The notes below the pieces were generated by a model. The model did no database searches. It was not told the origin of the DNA and worked only from the letters and a program-made list of their open reading frames with translations. Shown in pieces: positions 13,316 to 26,305 of a stretch of 64,000 bases of DNA (position 1 is its first letter; every line of letters begins with the position of its first letter). This DNA comes from Octopus sinensis (Eukaryota): positions 59,396,001 through 59,460,000 of the forward strand of contig NC_042998.1 of the NCBI RefSeq assembly GCF_006345805.1, read 5' to 3'. The translations under genes were made by a program, and so were the position numbers.

Positions 13316-14289
13316 GTAAAAAAAAACATATCAATAGGTGACATGCCAACAACATCGGAAATTCAGAGTCCCGAATATTTGGCTAATGCACCTTAGCAAT
13401 ACCCTTACTCACGTAGGAACATCAGGTTTCAGGAAGCAAGTTATTTCTGTATCACTATGCTGCTCTTTTAAGGTAACGATTACAGAGTACCTTTTCATTT
13501 GCCGATTAAATCTGACGTCTGGAATTATTTATCTGAAAAACATGGTAAAAAGAATATGTTAGAAGAAAGGTAGTGTTTTGAAAACACCTGGTTTACCTTG
13601 TATATTACATAACTTGCAAATGCGTTAAGGGGAAAATCGGATTTATGGATTACGAATCAATCTTTTCGAAGCCGATCTTAACTAATACCTAAGACGGAGG
13701 AAAGCAAATATCGGAAGGCATTTTGAAAGTATAATCTATTGCTGCGCGGGAGATTATTCAATTTTCAAGATTCCATTTAAGAATGTTGATAATATGTCAC
13801 CATGTTTTATAAGACATGAGACTACACGAAATTTTTCGGGGTTTCAAACGTTGCTTTGATTATTAAATATGCAGATAAGAGGGAGTAACTGGTGCAGAAT
13901 ATTCTTCAATTATCATTTCTATTGCGTTAACCTTTTCTTTTCGTAAGTGCTGGTGCATATTGATAAGCTCGGAGTTGATTATATTTAGCGTTCAGCACGA
14001 TTTAATTGTCCTAAACGAATACATTCAACTGTACCCTTATATAAATTTATATGTCAGACGCCTGCACTTTATGTTTTATTTTGTATAATGTTTTATTTTG
14101 TGGACTTCAAAAACTACAAAACTTCCAGCATGATCCCACGTAAATCTCACCGCCTATCCCAACTGACTGAATTTAATATATAACAGATATAATGTTAAAC
14201 ATAATAGATATAATAAAAAAGAATCGTACAATCTGTATTCAATCCCAGAAACTCTGTATGTATGTATGTACGTGTGTATGTTTGTATAT

Positions 14290-14346
<57 letters not shown>

Positions 14347-14458
14347 TATATATAACGTAAATAAAAAAAACGAAGAACAACACAAGAAAAAAAACAACAG
14401 CGCGAGGTCGTAGTACATGCAAAGTGTTAGCAGACGCTCGTGGAAGGAAAGAAAGGTG

Positions 14459-14493
14459 GTTTTACGTTTCGAGCAAAGCTCTTCATCAGAAAC
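14459..14493 (-). ncRNA. Minimal type I hammerhead ribozyme (Penelope pLTR type)
   Basis: Minus strand gttt CTGATGA a GAGC ttt GCTC GAAA CG TA aaac. Perfect stems I and II, palindromic ACGT stem III, GUA triplet. Lies in a ~215-bp segment (~14357-14572) between (TA)n runs. Confidence 0.85.
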
Positions 14494-14571
14494 AGGACAC
14501 GGAGGAAAGTTCCACAGAAAAGGAAGATGACGGAAAAAAATCGCCAACGACCCACCTGTGGTTACATTTTG

Positions 14572-14614
<43 letters not shown>

Positions 14615-14615
<1 letters not shown>

Positions 14616-15909
14616 GAGGGGCGTTCAATAAGTAATGTCTCTGACCCACTTCCCATAGCAGTAGAGCAACGAAACTTGGCACATTTATTAGTCTTTTTCT
14701 ACATAGGAACCACCCAGAGTTACGCATTTCTCCTATCGTTTGATGCAGCTCTGGAGACCGTTTTTGTAGAAGACCCCAGCTTGGTCCTCCAACCACGACA
14801 TGACTTCAGAAATCAAGGCTGCATCATCTGGGAAACGCTTTCCTTTCAAAAAAAAACTTCATGGCTGGGAAGAGGTGAAAATCAGAGGGTGCAAGGTCAG
14901 GAGAGTGGGGGGGGATGGGGGAGGAGTTCATAGCCGCACGCCTGTGCTTCTGATCTGGCGACACGCGAGTTGTGGACCGGAGTGTTGTCCTGCAGGAGGA
15001 GGATGCTTTTGCTGATCTTGCCTCGCCTCTTGATTTTGATAGCTTCTCTTAATTTCCTCAAACGTGAAGCATAATAGGCTCCTGTAATTGTGGTACCCTT
15101 TGCCAGGAAATCTGTCTTCACTACTCCGTCCTGGTCCCAGAAGACTGTGAGCATGACCTTGCCTGCGAAGGGCTGCACCCTTGCCTTCGTTGGAGGAGGT
15201 GAGTCACGGTACTTCCACTGCATTGACTGAGTTTTGGTCTCTGAATCATAGAGATGGACCCAGGTTTCGTCCTGTGTAATCAGTCTTTTGAAAAATTTTG
15301 ACTCATCTTCTTGGCACATCTCTAAATTCATCCTCGAGCACTCAACGCGTTCTTGCTTCTGGAAAGTTGTGAGTAACCTGGGAATCCATCTGGCTGACAC
15401 CTTTGGCATATGCAAATGGTCATGAATGATAGTTTCCACAGACCCGGTACTAATCTTGACCTCATGGGCTATTTGGCGAATAATTATGCGTCGATCTTCC
15501 AAAATGGCAGCCTCAACTAGACGGACAGATGCCTCATCAATGTCAGAAGCGGGGCGACTAGATCTGCGAGCTGTTTCCACAGAGTTCCGACCATGTTTGA
15601 ATTCACGATGCCAGCGTTTTATAAGGTCATATGATGGGGCATCATCACCATAAGTTACTTTCATTTCATCAAAAGTCTCCCGAGGTGTGCGTTCTTTCAA
15701 ATACAAAAACCGGATCACTGCTGGACACTCAACAGGCTCCATTTCACACTTGACTCAGTTCAAACACCTGTAAATCAGAAACTACAATTAGTTCAGAGCT
15801 GTAATTTGTCACTTAATCTATAGAAATATAGATAATTGCACATGCAAAATGTCAGCTACATCATACAACTACAAGTGGGTCAGAGGCATTACTTATTGAA
15901 CGCCCCTCG
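14615..15909 (-). mobile_element. Mariner DNA transposon, full length (~1.3 kb)
   Basis: TIRs CGAGGGGCGTTCAATAAGTAATG..CTGACCCACTT at both ends, TA target duplication inside (TA)n. Confidence 0.95.
14720..15742 (-). pseudogene. Mariner transposase (DD34D type), frameshifted near the C-terminus
   Basis: ORF 14897..15742 has an HTH region, WIPRLL, ITQDETW and LLQDN. SPDLAPSDFHLF is out of frame after the G run at ~14905-14922. Confidence 0.9.
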
Positions 15910-16229
15910 TATATATATATATAGACCTATATACCACATACCAGAGGTATTTATGCAATAAATTTCCTTAAAATTACAACTTCATAAGGTTACAAACGTA
16001 TAACGTCGTAAACGCCCATAAAATGGCCAATATACACATGCTACTTCTGCTTCCTATGTATCTAATATCGAAAATAAGTTTGAAATCCCATAGAATTTCG
16101 TGTAACGGATTAGCACCATTCTTAAGTAGAACGCTGGAAAATTAAAGAATTTTTACGCGCCAAAACATCGTTAGCATTGTTAATCGACAACTAAATATTA
16201 TATTTATCTACTAAATATGGTGTTTAGTG

Positions 16230-16566
16230 AAGTCGCATGACTCAGTGATTAGGGTGTTGGGCTAAAAATGATGTGGTTGTGAGTTCGATTCCCAGACCTG
16301 ATTGTGTGTTGTGTTCCTGAGCAAAATACTTTATTTTCACGCAGCGCAAGTTCACTCAGCTGTGGAAATGGGAGATGAGTCGGGACATCACTGGTGCCTA
16401 GCTGTATCGCCCTTTGCCTTTCTCGTGGACAACATCGGTGGCGTGGAGAGAATAGACTGTTATGCGTGAGCGACTGCTGGCATTCTACAAACAAACTTTC
16501 CCGGACTAGCACCTCGGAACGGAACTTCCTCGGTGCAATCCCATGGTCATTCCTGACCGAAGGGTG
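16230..16566 (+). mobile_element. tRNA-derived SINE (V-domain-like core)
   Basis: A/B-box head ..ctcagtgattaggg..gagttcgattccc, then gttgtgttcctgagcaaaa.act. Related to 38234, 49673 and 54591. Confidence 0.6.
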
Positions 16567-18855
16567 TGTTTTTATGATGTTTAATTATGATATAATTTGC
16601 CTGAGCACCTGCACGGGAAACTCAGAGTAGAAGGGACAATTGACGAAAATAAAAATATTATTATTAATCTATAGTATAGTACTAAGTACTCTTTTTCTTC
16701 TCATAAGCCATACAGTATAGTGTCTAGCATATTTTACATGTGAACCTACCTAGACATGTTAATAATAAATATGCAAATATATATTCCAAGCCTTGCTGTA
16801 GTCGGTCAAATAACGATTTTATTCAAGGTAGGCAGGTATATATGATCAACGATAACGTAATAATTTGTTCTTGAAAGTATAAACAAAGCCTGTCCCAAAG
16901 TTCACGCTACTTAGGATTGACGAGATACAGCAAGTCGAAGAACCGGTGAACCACAATGCCATGCACCACTACAACGTGTATAGGGAACACACTATTGTTG
17001 TTAAAAGAAGAAATTGTTCTCCTAACATATACATTACAGTGGCCAGCATAGTTTAGACTCGAATCTGCCAAAACGTGTTAGAAACAAGTATGCAACTATT
17101 GTTTCATAACACTAAACGGATACATACATATACATACATACATGAATGTATGTATGTATATGTATGTATGCATGTATGTCTATCTGTCGGTTTGTCTGTC
17201 GTTATGTATGTATCAATGTCTGTATCTGTGTATGTCTGCCTGTCTGTATTTATGTATAGATAGTTTGAAGTGGTTTACAGATTTTATATAGCTAGAAGAA
17301 GGAGGTGGCCAGAATTTTGGATAATTATTTATTAGTGCTTTCATCTCGATCGTTTCAGTGACATATCGGGTATGAATTTTTACAGAAAACTTATGCCTAC
17401 TGATATAAATCTGGGGAGAAACTGTTCTTTTGGCTTAAGAAATTTGCGATCGTGGAAGAGAGATCCAGTCCTCTTGGCAGTCTACATCGCAATGTTCGAA
17501 GAGAGCTCCTTGGTCAACTTTAATCAAGGAGTCGGTTACAGTGACTTTCTGGTAGGTCAGCCCCGGCAATAATAATGGAGTGGAGGAATAGCTGCTTATA
17601 ACGAATAATTAGAAAAACTTGTCACCAACCACTCATTACCTATTATTCTACCGCACGTAGATCATCTTGAGAAAAACAATACTTTTATTTTAGCAATTTA
17701 ACCATAACCCTCGAGGCATCATTTGTTTACGCTATGAAAGCCATTTTTATTTATCGGATTTCTCATTACGGTTTTATCAGATTTCTCATTACGGTTAACC
17801 CTATGTCAAGAGAATTTCTTTTGTCTTCAAAGTAATTGTGCACCCAGAAACTGCTTACGCGTTCTTTCAGATAATATTAAGGTAACATTGGCCAGTCCAA
17901 CATATGCCTCTCCTCAGAAGATCAGCTTTTGTGGACAATTCATTTGACTTTACTATTCTTACATAGGCATGCCACTATGAAGTAGTCTGTTGCAATTCTT
18001 TAATTTACTTTAAAGTAAATACCATATATTAAAACACAGGTACACACACATAGGTCAATGTGTGTGAGTGTGCGTACATGTGTGTGTGTGTTTGGGTGTG
18101 TGCATGTGTTTTTTTCTCTGTGTGTGTTTGTGTAGACGCGCGCGGGTTAGTGCGCAAATAAATTGAAAGACAAACCAATTAGACTTGTTTCAATATTTCA
18201 TTGCATAGACTGCGGTGTGTGTTAGTTGTTTTGCCTTAAAGCCGTACGATTTGTCGATTAATGTATGTTCAGGTAACCAATGCCAGTGCAATAAATTAAA
18301 CATCTTGCCTCTGAGACAAACAAATCAGTATTTACAATATAAATGTTACTCTCATAATCCCCATATCTACAACTATTTGCAATTATCTGAAACACAGAAA
18401 AATAATATAATTTTCTGTGAAGACGGGAACTGGTGATTTTTCTCTGGGAAGGAAAAGCGATTGCTTAATAATTGAGAGCAAAATGACGCTTCCAGAGATA
18501 TTTCTCCCTGATTTGGCCACAGAAACAAATACAATAAACTAAGAATAACAACGAACTATGATTCTCATAAATGTAATTCAATCAAAACAATCATCAAAAT
18601 ATACCTACGCACATATCTCTTACGATGTTATTATAAATGTACCTATAGATGCAGCTGTACATATCAGAATGTAATAATGATTATGCACGTAAATATGTAC
18701 ACATATACATTGATATAAATGCATACATTCATGAATGCATATATCCATCCATCCATACGCACGTACGTACATACATTTATACATACATATATATAGATAG
18801 AAAGATATATACATATATATATATCTATATACATATATATATATGTATGTACATA

Positions 18856-18893
<38 letters not shown>

Positions 18894-18897
18894 TATA

Positions 18898-18986
<89 letters not shown>

Positions 18987-19390
18987 GTACGAATATAATG
19001 TAGAAATAAAAAACACATGGATGCAAAGCACATAGAGTCAAGCACGTTCAAACACATGCATACCACTTGATACAGAAATGTTTTTTGTAGGTTCTACCTG
19101 AGGCCCCACCGATCATAATATAAAAAAAAGCAACTACAAGCCTTTATTCCATTCTCTCTAACAGAACACAATTTATTGAGATGTAATCGAAGTCATTGGT
19201 AATACATCTTTTTCGATCATGTTCTCTGAAGCACATCACAATTGTTTGCAATTGATTTCATGTACGTAATAAAAAAAAAAACTTAAACGCATTACAAAGA
19301 ACGCAAGAGAATGTGTTAGTCGTATTTATAATTCTCATACTACATGTTTATAAATCAATATTGCATCTTTATCTATCAATCAATCAATCA

Positions 19391-19465
<75 letters not shown>

Positions 19466-19611
19466 ACTGTCTTTCCCTCTCTCTGTTCTCCCTCTCTCTT
19501 CTCTCTATATATACTCACACAATTATACACACACACACACACAAACATACACACACACACACATATATATATGTATATATAATTCTAAACACACATTCAC
19601 ACACACACACA

Positions 19612-19652
<41 letters not shown>

Positions 19653-19757
19653 AGAGAGAGATAGATAGATAGATATACATACATGCATATATACGTAATT
19701 CTAAACACACACGCACTCTCACGCGCATATATATATATGTGTGTGTGTGTGTATAAA

Positions 19758-19796
<39 letters not shown>

Positions 19797-20736
19797 TTGT
19801 ATACATACTTGAATATACATCTCTGTATCTATCTATCTCTATATACTCACACACAAAACGCAAACCTTTATACGCATACGTTATTTAAATAGTTAAATAA
19901 ACCTTTCTTTAACTTGCTGAAAACATTATTTCCTTCTACGTCCCTATATGCCTCGATTATTTTTTTTATAGAAATAATATAGATAAATATAATATAGGTT
20001 TCTTTGTTAACATTTTATTTTGCATCATATAATCTGTGATATATAAGAATATGAACTTTTTCTTTCGCTTTCAAATAGATAAAAAGAACATTAACATATA
20101 CTGAGAAAGGGAATCTGAGGGGAAAGAGAATAATATAAAATGAGAAATAATATTGTAGATTCTCGTTTTCACTTCTCTAAACTTTTCCTACAGGGGACTG
20201 CGCTAAGTTGAAATATTTAAAGTGAGGTACAGTACACAAAGATCAATACTTCTTATTTTCTTGTTTGTCCTGCTATTTCTGTTTGAATTTTCATTATATA
20301 CAACAAAATGAAGCTATTATAAGAGAATAATGCAACCAATACACTGCAAAATTTATGTCACGTAAAATATTATGCAATCCTCCTACAGGAAACATCATAT
20401 TCAAAATAAAATCTGAATGAAGCTTTTAGCATTTCTAAATAAAATAAATCCTCGTATTTTGTACATATCCATAGTGTTCAAAGTTGATGGATAAGGAAAT
20501 AAAGTATTTTTCAAGATAAGATTTGTGTGTGAGAATTTATGTATGTATGTATGAATGTAGGTATGTATGTATGTATATATGTATGTATCTATTTGTTTGT
20601 CTGTCTATTTATCTAAACCGCTCTCCATCCATTCGTTTATCCATCCCTCCACTTAACCATCTATCTATCTATCTGTCCGCCTTTGTATCATCTATCTCTC
20701 CGAATGTTTTATTGCCCTCTATTGCGTTTTTGTTCC

Positions 20737-20817
<81 letters not shown>

Positions 20818-20827
20818 TATATGTATG

Positions 20828-20895
<68 letters not shown>

Positions 20896-21670
20896 TATGT
20901 ATGTATGTATGTATGTATGCGTATATAGCGGTGTACGTACACCCTTGCGCTCACCTTATAATAGGTATGTATCTAAATTTTGTACGACTCTTACTCTATC
21001 TTTTATTCCCATTTCATTTTCTTCCATTTTCTCGCTCCCTCACTCACATATATCTTAACCCTCTTTTTCCTTACCTCCCACTATTTCCCACTCGTTTATC
21101 TCCCCTGTACCTTTCTCATTGCCTCTGATTTTTTTCGAATCCTTCAATCCCGCTGCCCCCTACTCATCTCTCCTCCTTCCATTTGACCAGTGTCCGGCCT
21201 GTCATGATCTTTCTCTGTTGGCCTGACTGCCAACCACCAACACCTTTTATGTTCATCTCCTATGTTCCTGCCTTTAGGCTTTCACTTCATACACACCTGC
21301 TCAATTTGATTCGTTCTCAGTCGAAAGATACCTGTTGTTATTTCTTGTTGCTTGTATTCGTAATTGTGTAACATTTTCTTCGTTTTTTTATTTGTTTGTT
21401 TTTGTGTCTTTGTTGCCGTACACATTCGCTAGGTTTCTTACAAAGGAGTCTAATGTGTTTAGCTTACGCTATTTTGCGAGCAACCAGATCGAACCATCTC
21501 AAGTGTTAGTGCCCGAATTCGTCGCAACGTCTGGTACTTGACTTAGGAAAGACAACCACGAATGACCCATCTTTTTTTTTGCCTGTCCTTCTAATTGTTG
21601 TTTCTCTTCTTCGCGTTTGTAACGTCTCTCTGTCCGAATATTTTATTGTAATCTGTTGCATTCTTGTTTC

Positions 21671-21722
<52 letters not shown>

Positions 21723-21733
21723 CTATATTGCTA

Positions 21734-21790
<57 letters not shown>

Positions 21791-21880
21791 ATAATTCATT
21801 AAAAAAAACAACAAAAGACGGAGACAGGTGGTGTAGAAAACAAACAGATGTATTAGTTAACGCTCGGGAATTGAAAAAGT

Positions 21881-21916
21881 CTTTAACGTTTCGAGCCAAC
21901 GCTTTGCCACAGAAAG
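21881..21916 (-). ncRNA. Degenerate minimal hammerhead-like motif in a pLTR-like segment
   Basis: Minus cttt CTGTGGC aaagc gttg gctc GAAA CG TT aaag. Stems I-III are present but the core deviates from CUGANGA. Confidence 0.4.
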
Positions 21917-21968
21917 GAACACAGAAAGAAACAAGGAGAGAAAAAATGTGTGTAGTGGCTAGCGATTT

Positions 21969-22040
<72 letters not shown>

Positions 22041-22045
22041 TCTGC

Positions 22046-22101
<56 letters not shown>

Positions 22102-22313
22102 ATACATATATATATATATATATATATCTTATATTAAATTAGAGACAAAACCACTATTAGGCAAATCAAACAATGAAAGACTTAAGCCAATACATATGAT
22201 TAATTTATATTATTTAAATATGTAACAATTATTAAAAAATATAATTAATATCCACTACGATCGTTTCCTGCCTACGATTTTTCCCTGTAAGTTTGGACTT
22301 ATTCCCTAATATT

Positions 22314-22365
<52 letters not shown>

Positions 22366-24429
22366 TCGTGTAATGTAAGTGACAAAATGCCTTAATATCC
22401 TTGCTAACTACTGCTGCTTGTGTTTGTTTGGTTTTGTCCTACCACCATTGCTACTTAACATTTCTCAAAACATTTTGTAACTTTCCTTTTAGTTGATTAT
22501 AAGAAGTCATTAGAATTAGAATTGATTGATGGAAAAACTTTTTAACAGAATTTGTTTATCCTTAAGTAAGCCACACATTTCAAGATTGTTATCTGTAACC
22601 CACTCATTGGAACTCTTTGATTTCATATCAACTAATGCAAATGTTACATGGATGACTTTTATCTTGAAATCTTTCTAAGGTTTGCTCGGATTAAGTTTGA
22701 TATTTCTTACAACATTAAAAAAATTGTGGACAGCATGAGTTCCTTTAGTTCTTAAGTCGCAGAATATCTAATTCTTCCTCTTACAGTTGGAGTGAGTTTG
22801 GCCCTGACTAGTCGATGATCACCTAGCATTCTTCATCACGCATTTTGCGCACACAACATACAACTTTTACAATACAGATTTTCTCTAAAATACAATCAAT
22901 GAGAAGCTAATTCTTAGGCACTGGATGCATCCAATTGTTTTATATTTATTTTCTGTTGAAATAAAGTGTTTTTATTTTAAATTATAAATGGATGTTTAGT
23001 GCTAAAAGAGGGAATGAAACACTATTCTGCTGACAGTTCTCTACATCATCTTTACCCAAAATGAAGTTAGAACCAACTTTCCACTTGAATACACCTATAA
23101 TTATGTGCCTATTGGAAGCTGGCACATTTTTTTTTCAATTTTCCCAGTTCGTTGTAGAAGCGTTCAATAGATACTTCTCTGGATAACACTGTGGGGGCGT
23201 AAACATGTCTTATCGTAAGGTATCCCCATTTTCCTTCTGATGTAGACGGTATGACATAATATGGTTTGAGGAATCACTTGGATAATTTTCAAAATATGTG
23301 AAGAGTTTCTAGCAGTTCGTAAGCTACCGATGCAATTCGTCTCTTTCATCTTTGAATCAAATTGTCATTGACTGTAGTACGTACATTCCAACAATCAGTT
23401 TTTCCTAATGTTTAACCTTCCCTTACTGTTGATTAACCAAAGTAGCAGGGTACCTGCCTAGCCCGACCTGTTTACCTATCCTTTCTAATTAATTGTTGTC
23501 ATTTAGTAGTTCTGTCTGAAACATTTTAAATGAGTTTAGTGTACATTTACGGTTACTGCTAACCATATAGCTGATGTTAACTGTGACTATAGTTTGCAAA
23601 ACGTTATTACACTGATGACCATGTTTTAAGCAGACATTTCATCAGTGTGACATGAAATTAGAAGGCCAATAATTCCAGGCGTTTCAGGCTTTTATTTCAG
23701 AGTTTGCCATCTTCTATACTAGTTACCTTAATGAAGCTAAAACTTCTAGTCAACCCTATTCAGGGGATCCCCAGCAACCAGGGATCAGATATTATATCAG
23801 AGTCATAATATAGTGATATACAATAAAATAATAATATACAATATATGTAAAAATAAATTTTTTTAAATAAATTTAAAGAGGCTCCTTGAATAAGGTCGGA
23901 GCAATACGGGAAGATATAACGTAAACTACAAGAAAACACAACAAGGTTATAGTTTTACCTTATATTTCTTAAGGTTTAGTAACTACACTTACACTATTCA
24001 TAACAGTACAGTGGGGGAAATAACCCTCCTTTCCGGGCGCGATATGGTCTTCTGTAGCCGAGGATCCTGGCAGACAAAACTGGCACTAAATGATCTCACT
24101 CCGGCACACCCTTTTGAATTCATGGATCTTTACAATGTTAACTGAATTGTGATCACCCATGATCTTTCACTCGTTCATTGGTCTTTTTCTCTCTGTCTTA
24201 CTCCAAGCAACATCAACACATCCTCTCTGTGTGGACATTGTCACAAACATATATCCACCCCAGATTCCACTACGGTTCATGAGCAAAATTAAACCCAGTC
24301 CACCACGTAACTGAAGAGAACTGAAGAGAACCGGACAAGATATTGTCTGGTGCAACGACCCCCAGCCCACTCGATAGATATAACTTCCGTAATCAAAGAA
24401 ACATTATCTTCAAACTGTAGGAAGACTGT

Positions 24430-26150
24430 CATTAATAGTAAAAGAACAGTAGAAGAGAAGTGGACCATTTAGAAAATGTAAGTGTATCCCAAAATGATCT
24501 TATCCGCCAAAAAAGCATAAGTTTCTTATGTGTTGGACATCTAATTAATAAAGTCTACACTCTGCATTGTGGTGCAGAAAATATGGATTAGATTCTGAAG
24601 AAGCAATACTGCTCCCCTTTGAGCCATCTCAACACGTTTATTTTGGACAGTATCAACGAAACCAACCCCCAGTACTCACGATCCTATGTATCATTTTATG
24701 TTTCGGATATCATTGCAGCTATAAACCAAACTATCAAGAAATCAGATACAGGCCCCGACAGGATCTGTTAGAGTCATATAATAGTCGATATCAACTGGCA
24801 TTGCCTTTTGCGATTCTCTGCAGGAAATCATTGGACGCTGGCTATATTCCCAATAATTTCCTATCCCATTCGATTGCCCCGGTTTTCACAAAGGGCAATA
24901 AATCACTGATTGTGAATTACCGACCGATATCGCGTCTCATATCATCAAATTCTTTTAAAGTGTGGTAAGATATCACGTAACTCACTTGTTAGAAGGTAAC
25001 GGTCTACTATAGTTTGCTTATTCTGAAACAGCATGGGTTCTGCAATGGCAGGGACTTCTTAATATAGGTCCTGCATCACTTTCAATACAACGTAAGTGCT
25101 CTGGAAGAGGGTTCCTAAGCAGTTGTCATATATCTTGACTTCATTGAGGTCTTCGGCAAGGTTGTTCACAGCATCCTATTAAAGAAACTATCCTACGTTG
25201 AAATCCGAGGGAAACTATCGGAGTGGATTGAATGTTTTCCGATAGACATAACCTGCATATAGTGATGATGTTCGATCAAGCTCAGTAAGAGTAATTAGTA
25301 GAGTCTCACTAAAGACTATTGAACACATTTCAATATTTATATTAATGATGTCATCTAGGCGATAGCATAGGGAACCGGCCAAATTTCCAATAGGTTTTGT
25401 TTGAAATTATCCAATGGTCGCAAAAACAATATATGCAGTAAAAAGAGAATAAATTTGAATTAATCTTCTTCGGTAAAGATGCTGCACTTAAGCTACCATA
25501 CAATCTTAACTCGGAAAGAAACTTCGTGGTAACAGACACGGCTAGAAATTTCGGAGTTACTGTCGAGAACAAGTAAGAATGTTCACAACAACTATAAAGT
25601 TGACATGGCCCAGGTCTTTCCGGTCTAGAAACGTTCCTTCTCTTTTCTACATTCACCTGTCATCACTTTGGATACTGTTGTCCATTGTGGTTTCTCTACA
25701 CAGAACAGACACGATGTAAATTGAAGTGATCAATCACAAAATGAGAAAATATATATGATAGATCGTGATTATTGAGATCAGATCGAGAACTCAAAATTTA
25801 TTCCTTGCAAAATCACCGTAAGCTCTATATCAAGGATGTTGGCATTAACTTTAAAATTCACTGAGGTGTTGGTGCCTGTGACATCCGTCTTTAAGAAAAA
25901 TTAAGCCTGTGTCACATCACAAGACTAAGGCAGAACTATTTCACCTCGATTTGTCCTACTCTCTTTAACCTCATGACAACAAATGAAGAAAACGTCTCAT
26001 AACATTCAAACGCTCCCTGATTGAATATCTCCAAAAAAGGCTACGTAAACTCTGTACATCCGGATATACCTCTACGAACAATAACTCTTTACTCGGACAG
26101 GCTATGGTGCCCAAATAATGATTGCAATATGAAGCATCATTAAATCTTTT
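24430..26150 (+). pseudogene. Decayed CR1-clade LINE reverse transcriptase
   Basis: LALPFAILCRKSLDAG.IP...IAPVFTKGNK...NYRPIS, KQHGF and VIYLDF..F.KV.H with many stops and frameshifts. Confidence 0.75.
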
Positions 26151-26173
26151 CCGGGGGTCGAAATTTATCTAAG

Positions 26174-26204
<31 letters not shown>

Positions 26205-26305
26205 TTTATCTTCTGCTAGTTGCAGTCATTAGACTGCAATTATGCTAGGGTACATACTTGAAGGTTTTTTAAAATTGAGTAAAACTGCTCAAGATTTATT
26301 CATTT

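Noticed and set aside
18649-22137. YI/HT/CV-rich ORFs here and throughout the window
   Set aside because: Translations of (TA)n, (CA)n and (CATA)n microsatellites.
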